From: Desulfobacula sp.
GTDB taxonomy: Bacteria; Desulfobacterota; Desulfobacteria; Desulfobacterales; Desulfobacteraceae
Assembly: GCF_014237455.1 (NCBI RefSeq)
Contig: NZ_JABZFL010000015.1
Span: 4,403-68,402, forward strand
Direction of reading: 5' to 3'
Length of the DNA stretch: 64,000 nucleotides
Position 1 is the first letter of the stretch. The number at the start of each line of letters is the position of its first letter. This document shows, piece by piece, positions 45,916-55,596 of this stretch. Both the position numbers and the translations under genes were made by a program. A model generated the notes under the pieces. The model was not told the DNA's origin and did not search any database. It was given only the letters and a program-made list of their open reading frames with translations.

Positions 45916-47881
45916 ATCGGGTAGCCGGGGGTTTTAATCCCCCAGCCCCCACAACACCCTGCATGCGGGTCCGCACAGGGCGTTTCATCAAGATTACCGG
46001 GCTGTGGCCGGGTAATGTATTTTCACCCACTGTTCTTTGACAGATATTAACCCTTGTTCAGATAGCCATTTGTTTGTCATACCGGCCTGTGTTGCCATGG
46101 TTCTGGACAGATGCCATGGCCCTCTTCGGCTGAGGGATGTCATGATTGCCTCTCTTTTGTAGGTGCCTAATTTGAGAAGATTTCGGACTTTGGTACGGGT
46201 ATACCGCCATTGTTTCCAGTAGCACATCCGTGTCCGGCGGCGAAGCCATTCGTCTATTCCCGGAATTGGTCGGTAGTATTCCGATATCCCGTAATAGTTC
46301 ATCCAACCCCGGATATATTCCGCTAACTTCTTGTATCGGTGCTCCATAGAGACAAACCAGCTCCTTCCGGTAAACAGGCGTAACCGCCGCTTAAATTCCA
46401 GAAAGGATTTATCACTCCATCTGATTTTGCCATTTACAAATACAAAACCAAGAAAACCGCATTCTTCCACTGGTGCCACCTTGCTCTTCTTCTCGTTGAC
46501 TTTGAGTTGAAGCTTTAGCTCAAGGAACCGACGTATACTTGCCATCACCCGTTTGCCGGCACTCAGGCTTTTCACCATAATGATGAAATCATCTGCATAC
46601 CGGACAAAATGGTGGCCTCGTTTTTCCAGTTCCTTGTCAAGGTCATCAAGAAGGATATTAGCGAGCAAAGGTGAAAGTGGGCCTCCCTGGGGAACACCCG
46701 TAGGAGTTGCCTGAAGGCGGCCTTTGACCACAACACCGGCCCTGAGATATTTACCGATAAGCTTCAGTACTCGCTTATCTTGTATCTGGCGGGATACTCT
46801 ATTCATCAAGACATCGTGATTAACTTTATCGAAAAATTTCGACAAATCAGTATCAACGGCCACTTTGTAGCCCTGCCCTATGAATTGTTTTACCTGCCGG
46901 ACACCATCATGGGCCGATCTGCCAGGCCTGAAACCGCAACTTGATTCCGAAAACAAGGGATCAAATATTAACCCCATAACCTGGGCAATGGCTTGTTGGA
47001 TCGTTCTATCCAGCACGGTTGGGATACCCAGGGGACGTTTACTTCCATCCGGTTTTGGTATTTCAACCCTTAGAACAGGAGAAGGGATATATGTCCCTTC
47101 AAAAAGGTCTGAACGTATCTTAGGCCATAACTCACGAAAGGCGTCCGGAAATTGCTCAACGGTTACACCGTCGATTCCAGGGGCACCCTTGTTGGCCCGC
47201 ACCTGTTTCCAGGCACGACGTATATTCTCTGCCGAAAGAATACGTTCCAGTAGATGATTCTTTGAAAAAGGTACTTCCACAGCGCGCTTGTAAATTACTC
47301 CTCCATTCGGATTCACGGTATATACAAAGCTCATGGATACCTCCTTTTCGTTTGATGTTCTGTCCTTCACCCTGTCCGGGGCATTACTCCCGGCGTTTGG
47401 CTACTATGACGTCTGCTGACTTCTGCTTCATCACTAATCAGGTTACCCTGACCAGCGCAATGAAACTTCTTTTGCAGGTGTTGCCCATTGTTCGTGTCTC
47501 ATCACCGTCGGCAACAGCCGGTGATGCCTGGACCTTGGTTTCCCGGTATGGTCCGAGCCGGGAGTTGTTGCAAAAGATGCTCAATGCATGCAAGGCAGAT
47601 CTCCCCGGATAAGAGCGTGAACTGTCACTACACAACCGCAGCATTTACCCTGTCTCTTGAATCCTGGGCTTTGTCATGTTGTGCTGACTTACCCGGAGAC
47701 CAGGCCTTATATGCTGTTTCTGTTCGTCGGCTCATAGTTTTGCACTCCAACTTCCTTCGGACGGTTCCTCACAGTTCCGCCCTTGTTTTCGGCTAATACT
47801 TGTGTTAACAAAAACATATGCTAACAGGACTCACGTATAGGGGACTTGCACCCCATAAGTTCACGCCCATGCCGGGCGTAC
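45916..47881 (-). mobile_element. Group II intron, class IIC-attC, inserted in the bottom strand of attC2
   Basis: 5' end GTACGCCCGGCATGGGCG (G at 47881); domain V with CGC triad at 45953-45984; domain VI ending ACCCGAT at 45916; flanks rejoin into an attC. Confidence 0.9.
45994..47370 (-). CDS. ltrA: Group II intron reverse transcriptase/maturase (no endonuclease domain)
   Basis: RT0 'NKGAPGIDG', 'RPLGIPTVLDR', 'GVPQGGPLSPLLANI', 'YADD', X domain 'GWMNYY'. Confidence 0.95.
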   Translation of the reverse strand: MKDRTSNEKEVSMSFVYTVNPNGGVIYKRAVEVPFSKNHLLERILSAENIRRAWKQVRANKGAPGIDGVTVEQFPDAFRELWPKIRSDLFEGTYIPSPVLRVEIPKPDGSKRPLGIPTVLDRTIQQAIAQVMGLIFDPLFSESSCGFRPGRSAHDGVRQVKQFIGQGYKVAVDTDLSKFFDKVNHDVLMNRVSRQIQDKRVLKLIGKYLRAGVVVKGRLQATPTGVPQGGPLSPLLANILLDDLDKELEKRGHHFVRYADDFIIMVKSLSAGKRVMASIRRFLELKLQLKVNEKKSKVAPVEECGFLGFVFVNGKIRWSDKSFLEFKRRLRLFTGRSWFVSMEHRYKKLAEYIRGWMNYYGISEYYRPIPGIDEWLRRRTRMCYWKQWRYTRTKVRNLLKLGTYKREAIMTSLSRRGPWHLSRTMATQAGMTNKWLSEQGLISVKEQWVKIHYPATAR

Positions 47882-47937
47882 GCCAACTGTTCCACTGGAC
47901 CCGCAAACAGCGCGGGCCAGTGAACGCCACGTTAGAA
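47882..47937 (+). repeat. attC site 2, right part (left part AGCTA at 45911-45915)
   Basis: GTTC[C]ACTGG[A]CCCGC / GCGGGCCAGTGAAC stem gives extrahelical G and T on the bottom strand; core GTTAGAA at 47931-47937. Confidence 0.85.
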
Positions 47938-48029
47938 AAAAATAAAATCGTGAATCAATGCGCAGTGGGTTGGAAAAAGTCGTTTGGGTTACTGAATATT
48001 AACATATTGCAAAAGTACAAAGAGGTAGC

Positions 48030-48719
48030 ATGAAAACAATTGGTCTTTTGGGTGGAATGAGTTGGGAAAGCACGGTGAGTTATTATCGAGCGATAAACGA
48101 GGGGGTAAAAAATGCTCTTGGCGGTTTGCACTCCGCCAGGATCGTATTGTACAGTGTTGACTTTGACCCTATTGAGAAGCTGCAGCGAAAAGGCGATTGG
48201 GAAGGTACAGCTGAAATACTTTCAGAAGCAGCCTTGAGCGTTCAGTCTGCCGGTGCTGATTTTTTGGTTATCTGCACAAACACTATGCATAAGGTTGCTC
48301 CCCAGATAGAGGATACAATTGATATACCCTTGCTGCATATTGCTGATGCGACAGCCGAATCGCTTGTGCACAACGGTATAAAAAAAGTGGGCCTGCTGGG
48401 TACAGCGTTTACAATGGAGCAAGATTTTTACAAAGGTCGGTTGATTCAGAAATACGGACTCACTGTTTTGGTGCCCAATAAAGAAGACAGAAAGGCTGTC
48501 CACAAAATAATTTTTCAAGAGCTTTGTCTGGGGAAAATAAGAATCGATTCCAAGGCAACATATCTTCATATCATTGATTCCCTGGCTGACCAGGGAGCCG
48601 AAGCAGTGATTCTCGGCTGTACTGAAATAGGGATGCTTGTGAACCAGAGCGATACCACTGTAAAGCTGTTTGATACCACTGCTGTTCATGCAGAAAAGGC
48701 AGTCGCATATGCAATATAA
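48030..48719 (+). CDS. Aspartate/glutamate racemase family protein (YgeA/RacX-like)
   Basis: 'GLLGGMSWEST', catalytic 'CTNTMH' and 'GCTEI'. Confidence 0.92.
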   Translation: MKTIGLLGGMSWESTVSYYRAINEGVKNALGGLHSARIVLYSVDFDPIEKLQRKGDWEGTAEILSEAALSVQSAGADFLVICTNTMHKVAPQIEDTIDIPLLHIADATAESLVHNGIKKVGLLGTAFTMEQDFYKGRLIQKYGLTVLVPNKEDRKAVHKIIFQELCLGKIRIDSKATYLHIIDSLADQGAEAVILGCTEIGMLVNQSDTTVKLFDTTAVHAEKAVAYAI

Positions 48720-48814
48720 CGCATCGGCCCCACCCTCGGTGAATTTATGGGTCTTAGTGGCGGGCCCGGTTTTTATGGTACAAATATTAGCGATCTTAGA
48801 GAAGGATGGTATAG

Positions 48815-49351
48815 GTGAAGACCTTCACAAACCCTAAAGCGTTGGTGGAAAATCTGCATTATCAAGAGCAAAGGCAGAAAAGCCTGGCCGGGCTCAGTGA
48901 TGATATGATTGATGTGCCCATAGTCAAACTGATCAACTTTTTTAATAAACTGCCGTATTGTTTTACCATGCAAAGCTGCTATGGACATTTTCTTTACAAC
49001 GGTCAGAAGGATCCATATAACTTTCGCCCCTTGCCGGCTACAAATACTATTGCCAGGGTGGAGTACAAGATATCCTACATTGCTTTTTGCATTGAGAACA
49101 GTGATTCGGGAAGGTGCCTCTTAGAGGCTCTGAAGAAAATCGTGGTTATTGATCCGGAAAACATCCAGTTCTGTTGCGCAGAGTGGTTTTGGAAAAGACA
49201 GGTCAATTCTTATGTGCTGCAGGTTGAACCTGACAGATTCAAGCAGGAAGACAGAGCTAAATTTGATTACAAGGAAGCATTGAATATAGAAAAGATACGA
49301 AATGAATTTTTTATACAGATAGAGAAGTTGCTTCAGAAGCAGCAAGATTGA
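48815..49351 (+). CDS. Hypothetical protein with TYW3-like N-terminal motif
   Basis: 'IDVPIVKLINFFNKLPYCFTMQSCYGH' resembles the D..I..L...N......T.SSC.GR signature; GTG start. Confidence 0.45.
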   Translation: MKTFTNPKALVENLHYQEQRQKSLAGLSDDMIDVPIVKLINFFNKLPYCFTMQSCYGHFLYNGQKDPYNFRPLPATNTIARVEYKISYIAFCIENSDSGRCLLEALKKIVVIDPENIQFCCAEWFWKRQVNSYVLQVEPDRFKQEDRAKFDYKEALNIEKIRNEFFIQIEKLLQKQQD

Positions 49352-49405
49352 TATGGGATCGGCTTTTGTTCGCTTTCAAGTTTGGATGTTAAAATAAATT
49401 TTAAA

Positions 49406-49428
49406 TCTGCCCTGTGGATCAGGGCAGA
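49406..49428 (-). terminator. Probable terminator of the minus-strand catabolic operon
   Basis: TCTGCCCTG-tggat-CAGGGCAGA followed on the minus strand by TTTAAAATTT. Confidence 0.6.
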
Positions 49429-49438
49429 GTGTATTGTT

Positions 49439-50692
49439 TTATGGATACTTATTCTTTATAAAGGCAAGGGATTCATCGATCGCGGTCAAGGTGAGATCCA
49501 GGTCTTCTTCGGTGTGTCTGTAGCTGATATAGGCATGGTGAAAGGGGGTGAAAAAGAAACCTTTCCGGATGAGCTGGGTATAAAAATCCCTGCGCTTGCC
49601 TTTGTATGCACCGGTTTCATCCTTTTTAAAGGTGATGTAGAACATGGGGGCAACACCCGTCAGTTCGGCACCCACACCATGTTTGTCAATCACGGTCTGG
49701 ATATTTTTCATGAACCGTTCACCTTTTTCCCATATGTTCTCCAGCACATTGTCCCGCTCCAGGATTTCTATAGTTTTCAGCGCGGCAATAAAGGCCTCGC
49801 TGTTGGGAAAGAATGTGGAAGAAATAAACAGCTTGGATTCAGCCGCCATCATGACCTCTTTTTTTCCGGTCACAACAGAGATGGGATATCCGTTGCCCAT
49901 GGCCTTTCCAAGGACTGTTAAATCAGGGGTTACATTATAAAGTTCCTGGGCGCCGCCCATTCTAAGCCTGAAGCAGGTACGGATTTCATCATAGATAAGG
50001 ACTGCTCCATACTTGTCTGAAATTTTCCTGACCCCTTCAAGGAATCCCGGGGTCGGGGTCTCCATTTTTTGATGGTTGGGATGGCCGAATGGGGTCATAA
50101 TGATGGCGGCGGTATCACCTCCATGAGTGGCCATCAGCTCTTCTAACTGTTCAAGCTTATTGTACTGGAATTCAAAAACGTCTTCATAAAATTTTGACGG
50201 AATCCCCCCTTTCATCTCAATACACCAGTCGTGCCAGCCATGGTAACCGCACCGCATCACCTTGAGTTTATTTGTATGGGCCCTTGCAATACGGATGCTG
50301 GCGGTGGTGGCGTCAGAACCTGTTTTTAAAAAAATGCTCATTTCAGAAGAGGGAACAATCTGGGTCAGCTTTCTGGCAAGTTTGTTCTGAAACTTCTGGG
50401 TCAGGGTGAAACAAAAACCTTTTTCTTTTATTTGTTTGTAAACCGCTGCATCCACCTCTTCTTCCCGGTAACCCAGGATGATGGGGCCGTAACCGCAGAG
50501 AAAATCAATAAATTCATTGCCGTCAACATCAGTCAGATGGCAGCCTTTGCCCTCATCAAGAAAGATGGGATATTCTCCGTCAATAAAATCGCCCGGCTTT
50601 CTGGCACCCAAAACCCCACCGGGGATAAGTGTGGTTGCCTCTTCAAATAATTCCCGGCTTTTCGTGATATTTAGTTTTTCTGTCTCTTTCAT
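49439..50692 (-). CDS. Class III PLP aminotransferase (GSA-aminomutase-like)
   Basis: 'DVDGNEFIDF..GYGPIILG', 'KTGSDAT', 'YHGWHD', 'LIYDEIRT.FR', PLP-Lys 'LGKAMGNG'. Confidence 0.88.
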   Translation of the reverse strand: MKETEKLNITKSRELFEEATTLIPGGVLGARKPGDFIDGEYPIFLDEGKGCHLTDVDGNEFIDFLCGYGPIILGYREEEVDAAVYKQIKEKGFCFTLTQKFQNKLARKLTQIVPSSEMSIFLKTGSDATTASIRIARAHTNKLKVMRCGYHGWHDWCIEMKGGIPSKFYEDVFEFQYNKLEQLEELMATHGGDTAAIIMTPFGHPNHQKMETPTPGFLEGVRKISDKYGAVLIYDEIRTCFRLRMGGAQELYNVTPDLTVLGKAMGNGYPISVVTGKKEVMMAAESKLFISSTFFPNSEAFIAALKTIEILERDNVLENIWEKGERFMKNIQTVIDKHGVGAELTGVAPMFYITFKKDETGAYKGKRRDFYTQLIRKGFFFTPFHHAYISYRHTEEDLDLTLTAIDESLAFIKNKYP

Positions 50693-50713
50693 GGAATACC
50701 TCCTGTGCTAAAC

Positions 50714-51856
50714 TTAAATTTCAAACATGGATGAAATTTTTTGGGTCTGGTGGATTCTGGCACCCCTCTTTAAAAACGCACCAATGAATTTGGCAGGGTC
50801 AATACAGCCTTCCGGGGCCACAACCCCTTTTACGCTCACATCACCGGCATCCATCATAAGTGATGCTATGGAGGCGGGGAGTCCTGTTCCGGGAGCCATT
50901 CTTCCCACCATATCGGCGGTGTAAGTAACTTTTTTACCATCTTTTTTTCCTTTGACAATGACTTTAAGGCCCGAAGACTGGGGGCCGTTATCCCTTCCTT
51001 CAGGGATGGTCTCCCAAAGTTTTAATGCAATATCATAGGGAGTGACCTTGGTTCCCTTGATATCCATAGGTTCGGTGCTTAATAAACCCGTATTTTTCTG
51101 CTCCTGTATCAGTTCATCCACCCATAAAGGAATAAGAGCGCCTTTGATGATGACATTTTTAACCCCTTTAATATATCTTGGAAGGGTTAATGGCTGGGGA
51201 TGTCCCACGTAGCGGACATGGCAGGTGCCAAGGGGGTCAAGAAACTGTTCTGCCGTTTCTTCGGTTCCGCCTTCCACATGGACCAGTTTTCCATCAATAT
51301 ACTGGGGGATTTTCCCCAGGGTCATATGAAGGCTGTGGTCCCATGCAGCGCCTGCAAGTTCGGCAATGCTGACCACCCAGTAAAGATAAATATCATCAAC
51401 ACTGTCCAATTTGTCTGCATACCATTTTACCAGGATATTATTGGTTCCGGGATCAGAGCCCATGCCAGTGAGAACGGTGATGCCTGCTTCTTTTGCCATT
51501 TTATCAATGTCGGAGTTGAAAAGAATCTCGGTCCCTTCATAATCGTCACAGATATCAATATAGTTTACCTTTGCCTCAACCGCTGCTTTTGCGACCGGCA
51601 CGGCAGTCTTGTAAAAGGGTCCGGCACAGTTAATCACCACATCAACCTCTTTGAATGCAGTCACCATGACATCGTGGTTGTTTACGTCCATTTTTATCAG
51701 TGTTGTTTTTTCATTTTCGCGTAATTTTTTTGACAGTCTTTCCGGGTCCGGATACAAGTCAGCTAAAATAACATGTGTAACCTGTTCCTGTTTTATCAGA
51801 TCCCTTGCCACTCCCTGACCCATACCGCCGACGCCGCCTATTATCACTGCACGCAT
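50714..51856 (-). CDS. Saccharopine dehydrogenase/lysine 6-dehydrogenase-like NAD(P) oxidoreductase
   Basis: 'IIGGVGGMG', 'VINCAGPFY', 'NYIDICDD', 'GMGSDPG..N'. Confidence 0.85.
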   Translation of the reverse strand: MRAVIIGGVGGMGQGVARDLIKQEQVTHVILADLYPDPERLSKKLRENEKTTLIKMDVNNHDVMVTAFKEVDVVINCAGPFYKTAVPVAKAAVEAKVNYIDICDDYEGTEILFNSDIDKMAKEAGITVLTGMGSDPGTNNILVKWYADKLDSVDDIYLYWVVSIAELAGAAWDHSLHMTLGKIPQYIDGKLVHVEGGTEETAEQFLDPLGTCHVRYVGHPQPLTLPRYIKGVKNVIIKGALIPLWVDELIQEQKNTGLLSTEPMDIKGTKVTPYDIALKLWETIPEGRDNGPQSSGLKVIVKGKKDGKKVTYTADMVGRMAPGTGLPASIASLMMDAGDVSVKGVVAPEGCIDPAKFIGAFLKRGARIHQTQKISSMFEI

Positions 51857-51946
51857 GTTTTTTTCTCCTGCTATTCTTTATATAATAAATGTTATTAATA
51901 TTTATTGTCTATTATCTGTTTCCGCTGCCTCCCGGTCTCCCTCCTC

Positions 51947-53134
51947 TTATATTTTAAGAACCAGAGCCGCTCCTGTATCCCCGGCCGCACAGCCGGTAAA
52001 GAGCATATATCCTCCGCCCTTGTCTGCCAGTTCCTCTATGCCTTCAATGATCAGCCGTCCTGCCGTGGGTGCCTGGGGGTGGCCGAATATAAGAGAAGAC
52101 CCGAAATTATTGAATGAATTTACATCGATATCCATCTGGCTGGCCAGATAGATGTCATTGGCAGCAAAGGGATTGTGGGTCTTGATCACTTTTACATCCT
52201 TGATGGAGATGCCAGCCTTGTCCAGGGCCATTTGGGCGGCAGGTACTACTGCCATGGCCATGAACCCTTTTTTTGACCTTGAAAATCCATAGGAAATAAT
52301 CTGTGCATCCTTTGATCTGTCCTGGCTTAGTTCTTTTGCTTTTTCTCTTGAGGTGACAATCAGACCGCAGTTGCCGTCAGCCGGGTGGGTCTGGGACCCG
52401 AAAGTATGAGAACCGTCCGGCAGTACCGGCCTGAGTTTTTCAAGACCTTGTCTTGTGGTGGGCATAACCCCTTCATCTGCATCCAGTGAAAGGGTTTTCT
52501 TTTTTGATATTCGTATGCTTACCGGAAACATATATTTTTTCTGGAATTCTCTGTCATTGGCAAGGCTGTCTGTGTACTGTTCATATCGTCGCAAGGCAAC
52601 ATCATCACATTGCTCCCTTGTCACTCCGGTTTTTCTGGCAACATTTTCAGCGGTCTGGATCATGGCATTTTTTGCCCAGGGATCATTGTTGAACTGGTCC
52701 ATGAGCCAGTTTTCTGAAATCACCTGTCCGCCGGGGCCGTTTGGATTGGGCCAGATGGTATGGGGACCGTTGGAACATCGGTCTGTCATCAAAGTGAAGA
52801 CATTTTGATAAAGTCCTGTCTCAATACCCATGGCTGCCTGGAATATAACAGTGGTTGAGGTGGAACAGGCCTGGCTGATAAGACAACCTGGAATATTTTG
52901 AGCGCCGATCAAAGCAGATGCCCATGGACCTCCGTAAAATGTATAGGGCTGCCCTATAGTTGCACCAAGGATCAGATAGTCGAACAGATCGGGTTCTATT
53001 TTTTTTGTTTGCAGCCATGCCTTTGCAGTTTCAGATCCAAGAACAATGGAATGCTCATTGGCCAGGCTGCCCTGCCATTTGGAAAAAGGGCTTGAATAAT
53101 AACCTTTGTATGGGATAAACGCTTTTGTTAACAT
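51947..53134 (-). CDS. Thiolase family protein (non-canonical motifs)
   Basis: 'SQACSTS', 'HPADG', 'HNPFAAND', 'VNSFNNFGSSLIFGHPQAPT', 'GCAAGD'. Confidence 0.85.
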   Translation of the reverse strand: MLTKAFIPYKGYYSSPFSKWQGSLANEHSIVLGSETAKAWLQTKKIEPDLFDYLILGATIGQPYTFYGGPWASALIGAQNIPGCLISQACSTSTTVIFQAAMGIETGLYQNVFTLMTDRCSNGPHTIWPNPNGPGGQVISENWLMDQFNNDPWAKNAMIQTAENVARKTGVTREQCDDVALRRYEQYTDSLANDREFQKKYMFPVSIRISKKKTLSLDADEGVMPTTRQGLEKLRPVLPDGSHTFGSQTHPADGNCGLIVTSREKAKELSQDRSKDAQIISYGFSRSKKGFMAMAVVPAAQMALDKAGISIKDVKVIKTHNPFAANDIYLASQMDIDVNSFNNFGSSLIFGHPQAPTAGRLIIEGIEELADKGGGYMLFTGCAAGDTGAALVLKI

Positions 53135-53193
53135 GATTAAATCCTCCGTATGAATATCATCTCACCAAGTCCATGATTTGGTCTATGACTGGG

Positions 53194-54003
53194 TCAATGA
53201 TTATATTTTTTTAAAATAGCTTCCAGAACACTGCCGCCAATAGCCCGTGCTTTTTCCGAGATTGTGGTGCAATATTGCCTGTTTCCCCTGGGATCAATGT
53301 CACCAAGTTTCAGCTTGTCTGTGACACTGATATTATTTCTTATCCGGCCTCTTAAAACGCCGTCAATCTGAGCAATGACGGGTTTGCCGTCAACATGTCC
53401 CACTACATCATTTTTTTTGACAGGGGTGCCGATGCTTAAAGAAGAGGTGAATATGCCGGAGCAGGGAGAGCGAAGAACCCTTTCTATAGTATACCCGTTT
53501 ATATTGCCGGGGGCTCCGGTATTGGGTTCGGGACAACCCTTTAAAATGAGTCGCCCAAGGTTGTGGCCCCGGTTGGTTTCTATGGCCATATGCACATCTT
53601 TTCCTGCCTCAAATCCAGGCCCAAGTCCGATAACCAAAGGGGCTTCGGATAGGTTTGTCCCCAGGTTTTTTTTGGCAATAATTGCATCAATCACCACATG
53701 GGGCCGAATCGCCTTTATACTTTCCCAATACGGGTCAACAATGACAGGGATACTATTGCTGTCCCAGGCGGTTTGGATGTCATCAAGGTGAAAGACCTTT
53801 TTGGCCGTAACACCTTCCACGATGATTTTTCCATCATGGATTGCCTCGCAGAAGGAAACCCGCCTTCTGACAGCCACAGGGTTTTCGATCTCCAGCATGA
53901 AGATATGTTTAAAATTTGATTGAAAAAGACGGCAGGCAAGACCGGTTGCCATTTCTCCTGCACCTTTTATTGCGATGATAAGTTCTGAGATATTTTGTTT
54001 CAT
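53194..54003 (-). CDS. yqeB: Selenium-dependent molybdenum hydroxylase system protein, YqeB family
   Basis: 'IKGAGEMATG.A..L', 'P.AVRRRVSF.EA', 'GHNLGRLI..G..EPNTG.PG', 'KLGDIDPR', 'KARAIGGSVLEA'. Confidence 0.85.
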   Translation of the reverse strand: MKQNISELIIAIKGAGEMATGLACRLFQSNFKHIFMLEIENPVAVRRRVSFCEAIHDGKIIVEGVTAKKVFHLDDIQTAWDSNSIPVIVDPYWESIKAIRPHVVIDAIIAKKNLGTNLSEAPLVIGLGPGFEAGKDVHMAIETNRGHNLGRLILKGCPEPNTGAPGNINGYTIERVLRSPCSGIFTSSLSIGTPVKKNDVVGHVDGKPVIAQIDGVLRGRIRNNISVTDKLKLGDIDPRGNRQYCTTISEKARAIGGSVLEAILKKYNH

Positions 54004-54007
54004 TGTT

Positions 54008-54730
54008 TTAATGCCCGTATTCACAAAAGGTTGTAAGGTTAAGAATTTTTGCGGGTGCGCAAATGGTCACCCCATAGAAAACAGCAGGCTTGTCCGCATT
54101 AATAAAGTTTGAAATGGTGTTGTTGACAATGGTTGAACCGGTTGCAAATATCATGGTACACCACTTGATCGCCTCTTGGGTATTTTTTTGTGGTTCAATG
54201 GCAATATTGAAAAATTTTTTCCCAATATTGTCCTTGTCCAGATCAACGGCCCGCACCTGGCAATGGGAAGCGAGTGTCTCAAGAAATCTTGGCTGGTGTC
54301 CCACCAGAAGCACCTTTGAATCTTTCGGAATAATGTCAGGCAGTTTCTCGGCGCAAAAAACTGGTTCCTTATCTTTGCAGTGAATGGTTTTGTCAGCAAG
54401 GCCAAGATGTCTGTAAACAGCATTCAACCCTGCAATAAAAGAGGCTCGTTCCCTGTTTGTGGAAAGGTCCATAGTCAAGAGATCTTTAACGCGATATGCC
54501 CTGTTTTCAAATTCATCCGTAAAGCTCTGGCCCTTTGCATTGAGAAAATCAGCCTCAACCATGACTTCTTTGCCTTTGATAATGGGGTAGTCATCATGAT
54601 CAGGATTCCCAATGGCCTGTTCAGCCGAAAGCGCCTTGCACGTGATGTTGATAGGCTGGTCTGCAAGATCATGAAAGATTATTTTTTCTTTTAGAGCTTT
54701 TTTTAAGGCATCATATAGGATAACTGACAT
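54008..54730 (-). CDS. DUF364-like (Rossmann-like, putative heavy-metal chelation) protein
   Basis: 'AIGNPDHDDYPII.GKE..VEA.F....GQSFTD', 'IFATGSTIVNNT', 'FYGVT'. Confidence 0.65.
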   Translation of the reverse strand: MSVILYDALKKALKEKIIFHDLADQPINITCKALSAEQAIGNPDHDDYPIIKGKEVMVEADFLNAKGQSFTDEFENRAYRVKDLLTMDLSTNRERASFIAGLNAVYRHLGLADKTIHCKDKEPVFCAEKLPDIIPKDSKVLLVGHQPRFLETLASHCQVRAVDLDKDNIGKKFFNIAIEPQKNTQEAIKWCTMIFATGSTIVNNTISNFINADKPAVFYGVTICAPAKILNLTTFCEYGH

Positions 54731-55579
54731 TTATATCTCCTTATAGAGGGCATCTCTTTTTTCTTTGTGAGTTTTTATTGCCTTTAAAGTCGGTTGCAAC
54801 AGATAGGTAAAGGCAATCATCATCAGGATAATGCCAAATACTTGTTTAAGATAAAAACCCGGCAGCAGACCGGATATGGCAGAGCCTGTCACAGCGCCTG
54901 CAAGAGACGGGAGAAACAACGCCTTAAACACCTTGAAATTCAAGTTTGCAAGTTTGTGGTGCATGAGTGTGGCAGATTGTGATAAAAAAAACATGGTTGT
55001 TAAAGACAGGCAGATGGCCTGGTGCATGTTAAAATTCATTACAATCACAAAAAACGGTACAATGAGCAGTCCGCAGCCAATCCCCAGCCATGTGGCGATG
55101 ATGCCGATAATAATGCCGAAAGCCATGATAAAAAGGGCTTCATGGGCCCAGGAGATCTCATTGAGATTTGAAAACATTAAAAATGGAAAGTCCACAAATT
55201 TTAAAATCCGAAGGCTTGCAATGAGAAGAAAAACGGCAAAAATCCACTTGAGCCACTGGTTGTTCCATTTATGGATATATTTTGAGCCTATGATGGTACC
55301 AATGACACACATGGGAATAAAAACAAGAAAGTATTTGCCTGAAGGGGGATTGGGAAAAATAAACAAATGAGATACAGCCCCTACAAATGTGATGGGGATA
55401 ATGGTTGCAAGGGAAGTTGCTGCCGCCTGCTTAAAATCAAATTTAAAAATCGATATGAATGTGGAAACAAATATGGTTCCCCCGCCAATACCGATACCGG
55501 CACTGAAAAGTGCCACAAAAAAGCCCAGCAGTCTTAACGCTGTTTTAGGAAAATTTTTAGATGTCTTTACTCTGGACAT
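54731..55579 (-). CDS. TauE/SafE family sulfite exporter-like membrane protein
   Basis: Duplicated 'GIGIGGG' / 'LGIGCG.LIVP' halves with 'A.ATSL' / 'A.CLSL'. Confidence 0.8.
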   Translation of the reverse strand: MSRVKTSKNFPKTALRLLGFFVALFSAGIGIGGGTIFVSTFISIFKFDFKQAAATSLATIIPITFVGAVSHLFIFPNPPSGKYFLVFIPMCVIGTIIGSKYIHKWNNQWLKWIFAVFLLIASLRILKFVDFPFLMFSNLNEISWAHEALFIMAFGIIIGIIATWLGIGCGLLIVPFFVIVMNFNMHQAICLSLTTMFFLSQSATLMHHKLANLNFKVFKALFLPSLAGAVTGSAISGLLPGFYLKQVFGIILMMIAFTYLLQPTLKAIKTHKEKRDALYKEI

Positions 55580-55596
55580 AATGGCCGCCTCACATT

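Noticed and set aside
47262-47818. ORFs 47262-47612, 47438-47644 and 47488-47796
   Set aside because: They overlap the structured intron domains I-III and are shadow frames of ribozyme RNA.
48714-48814. Third attC after the racemase (ATATAAC...GGCGGGCCCGG)
   Set aside because: The TAAC is not complementary to the cassette's GTTAGAA core, there is no clean L-box palindrome and no GTTRRRY at the right distance; at most a decayed remnant.
49439-50692. Calling the aminotransferase hemL
   Set aside because: No heme-biosynthesis context, and HemL-specific motifs (PGGVNSPVR) are absent; left as class III aminotransferase.
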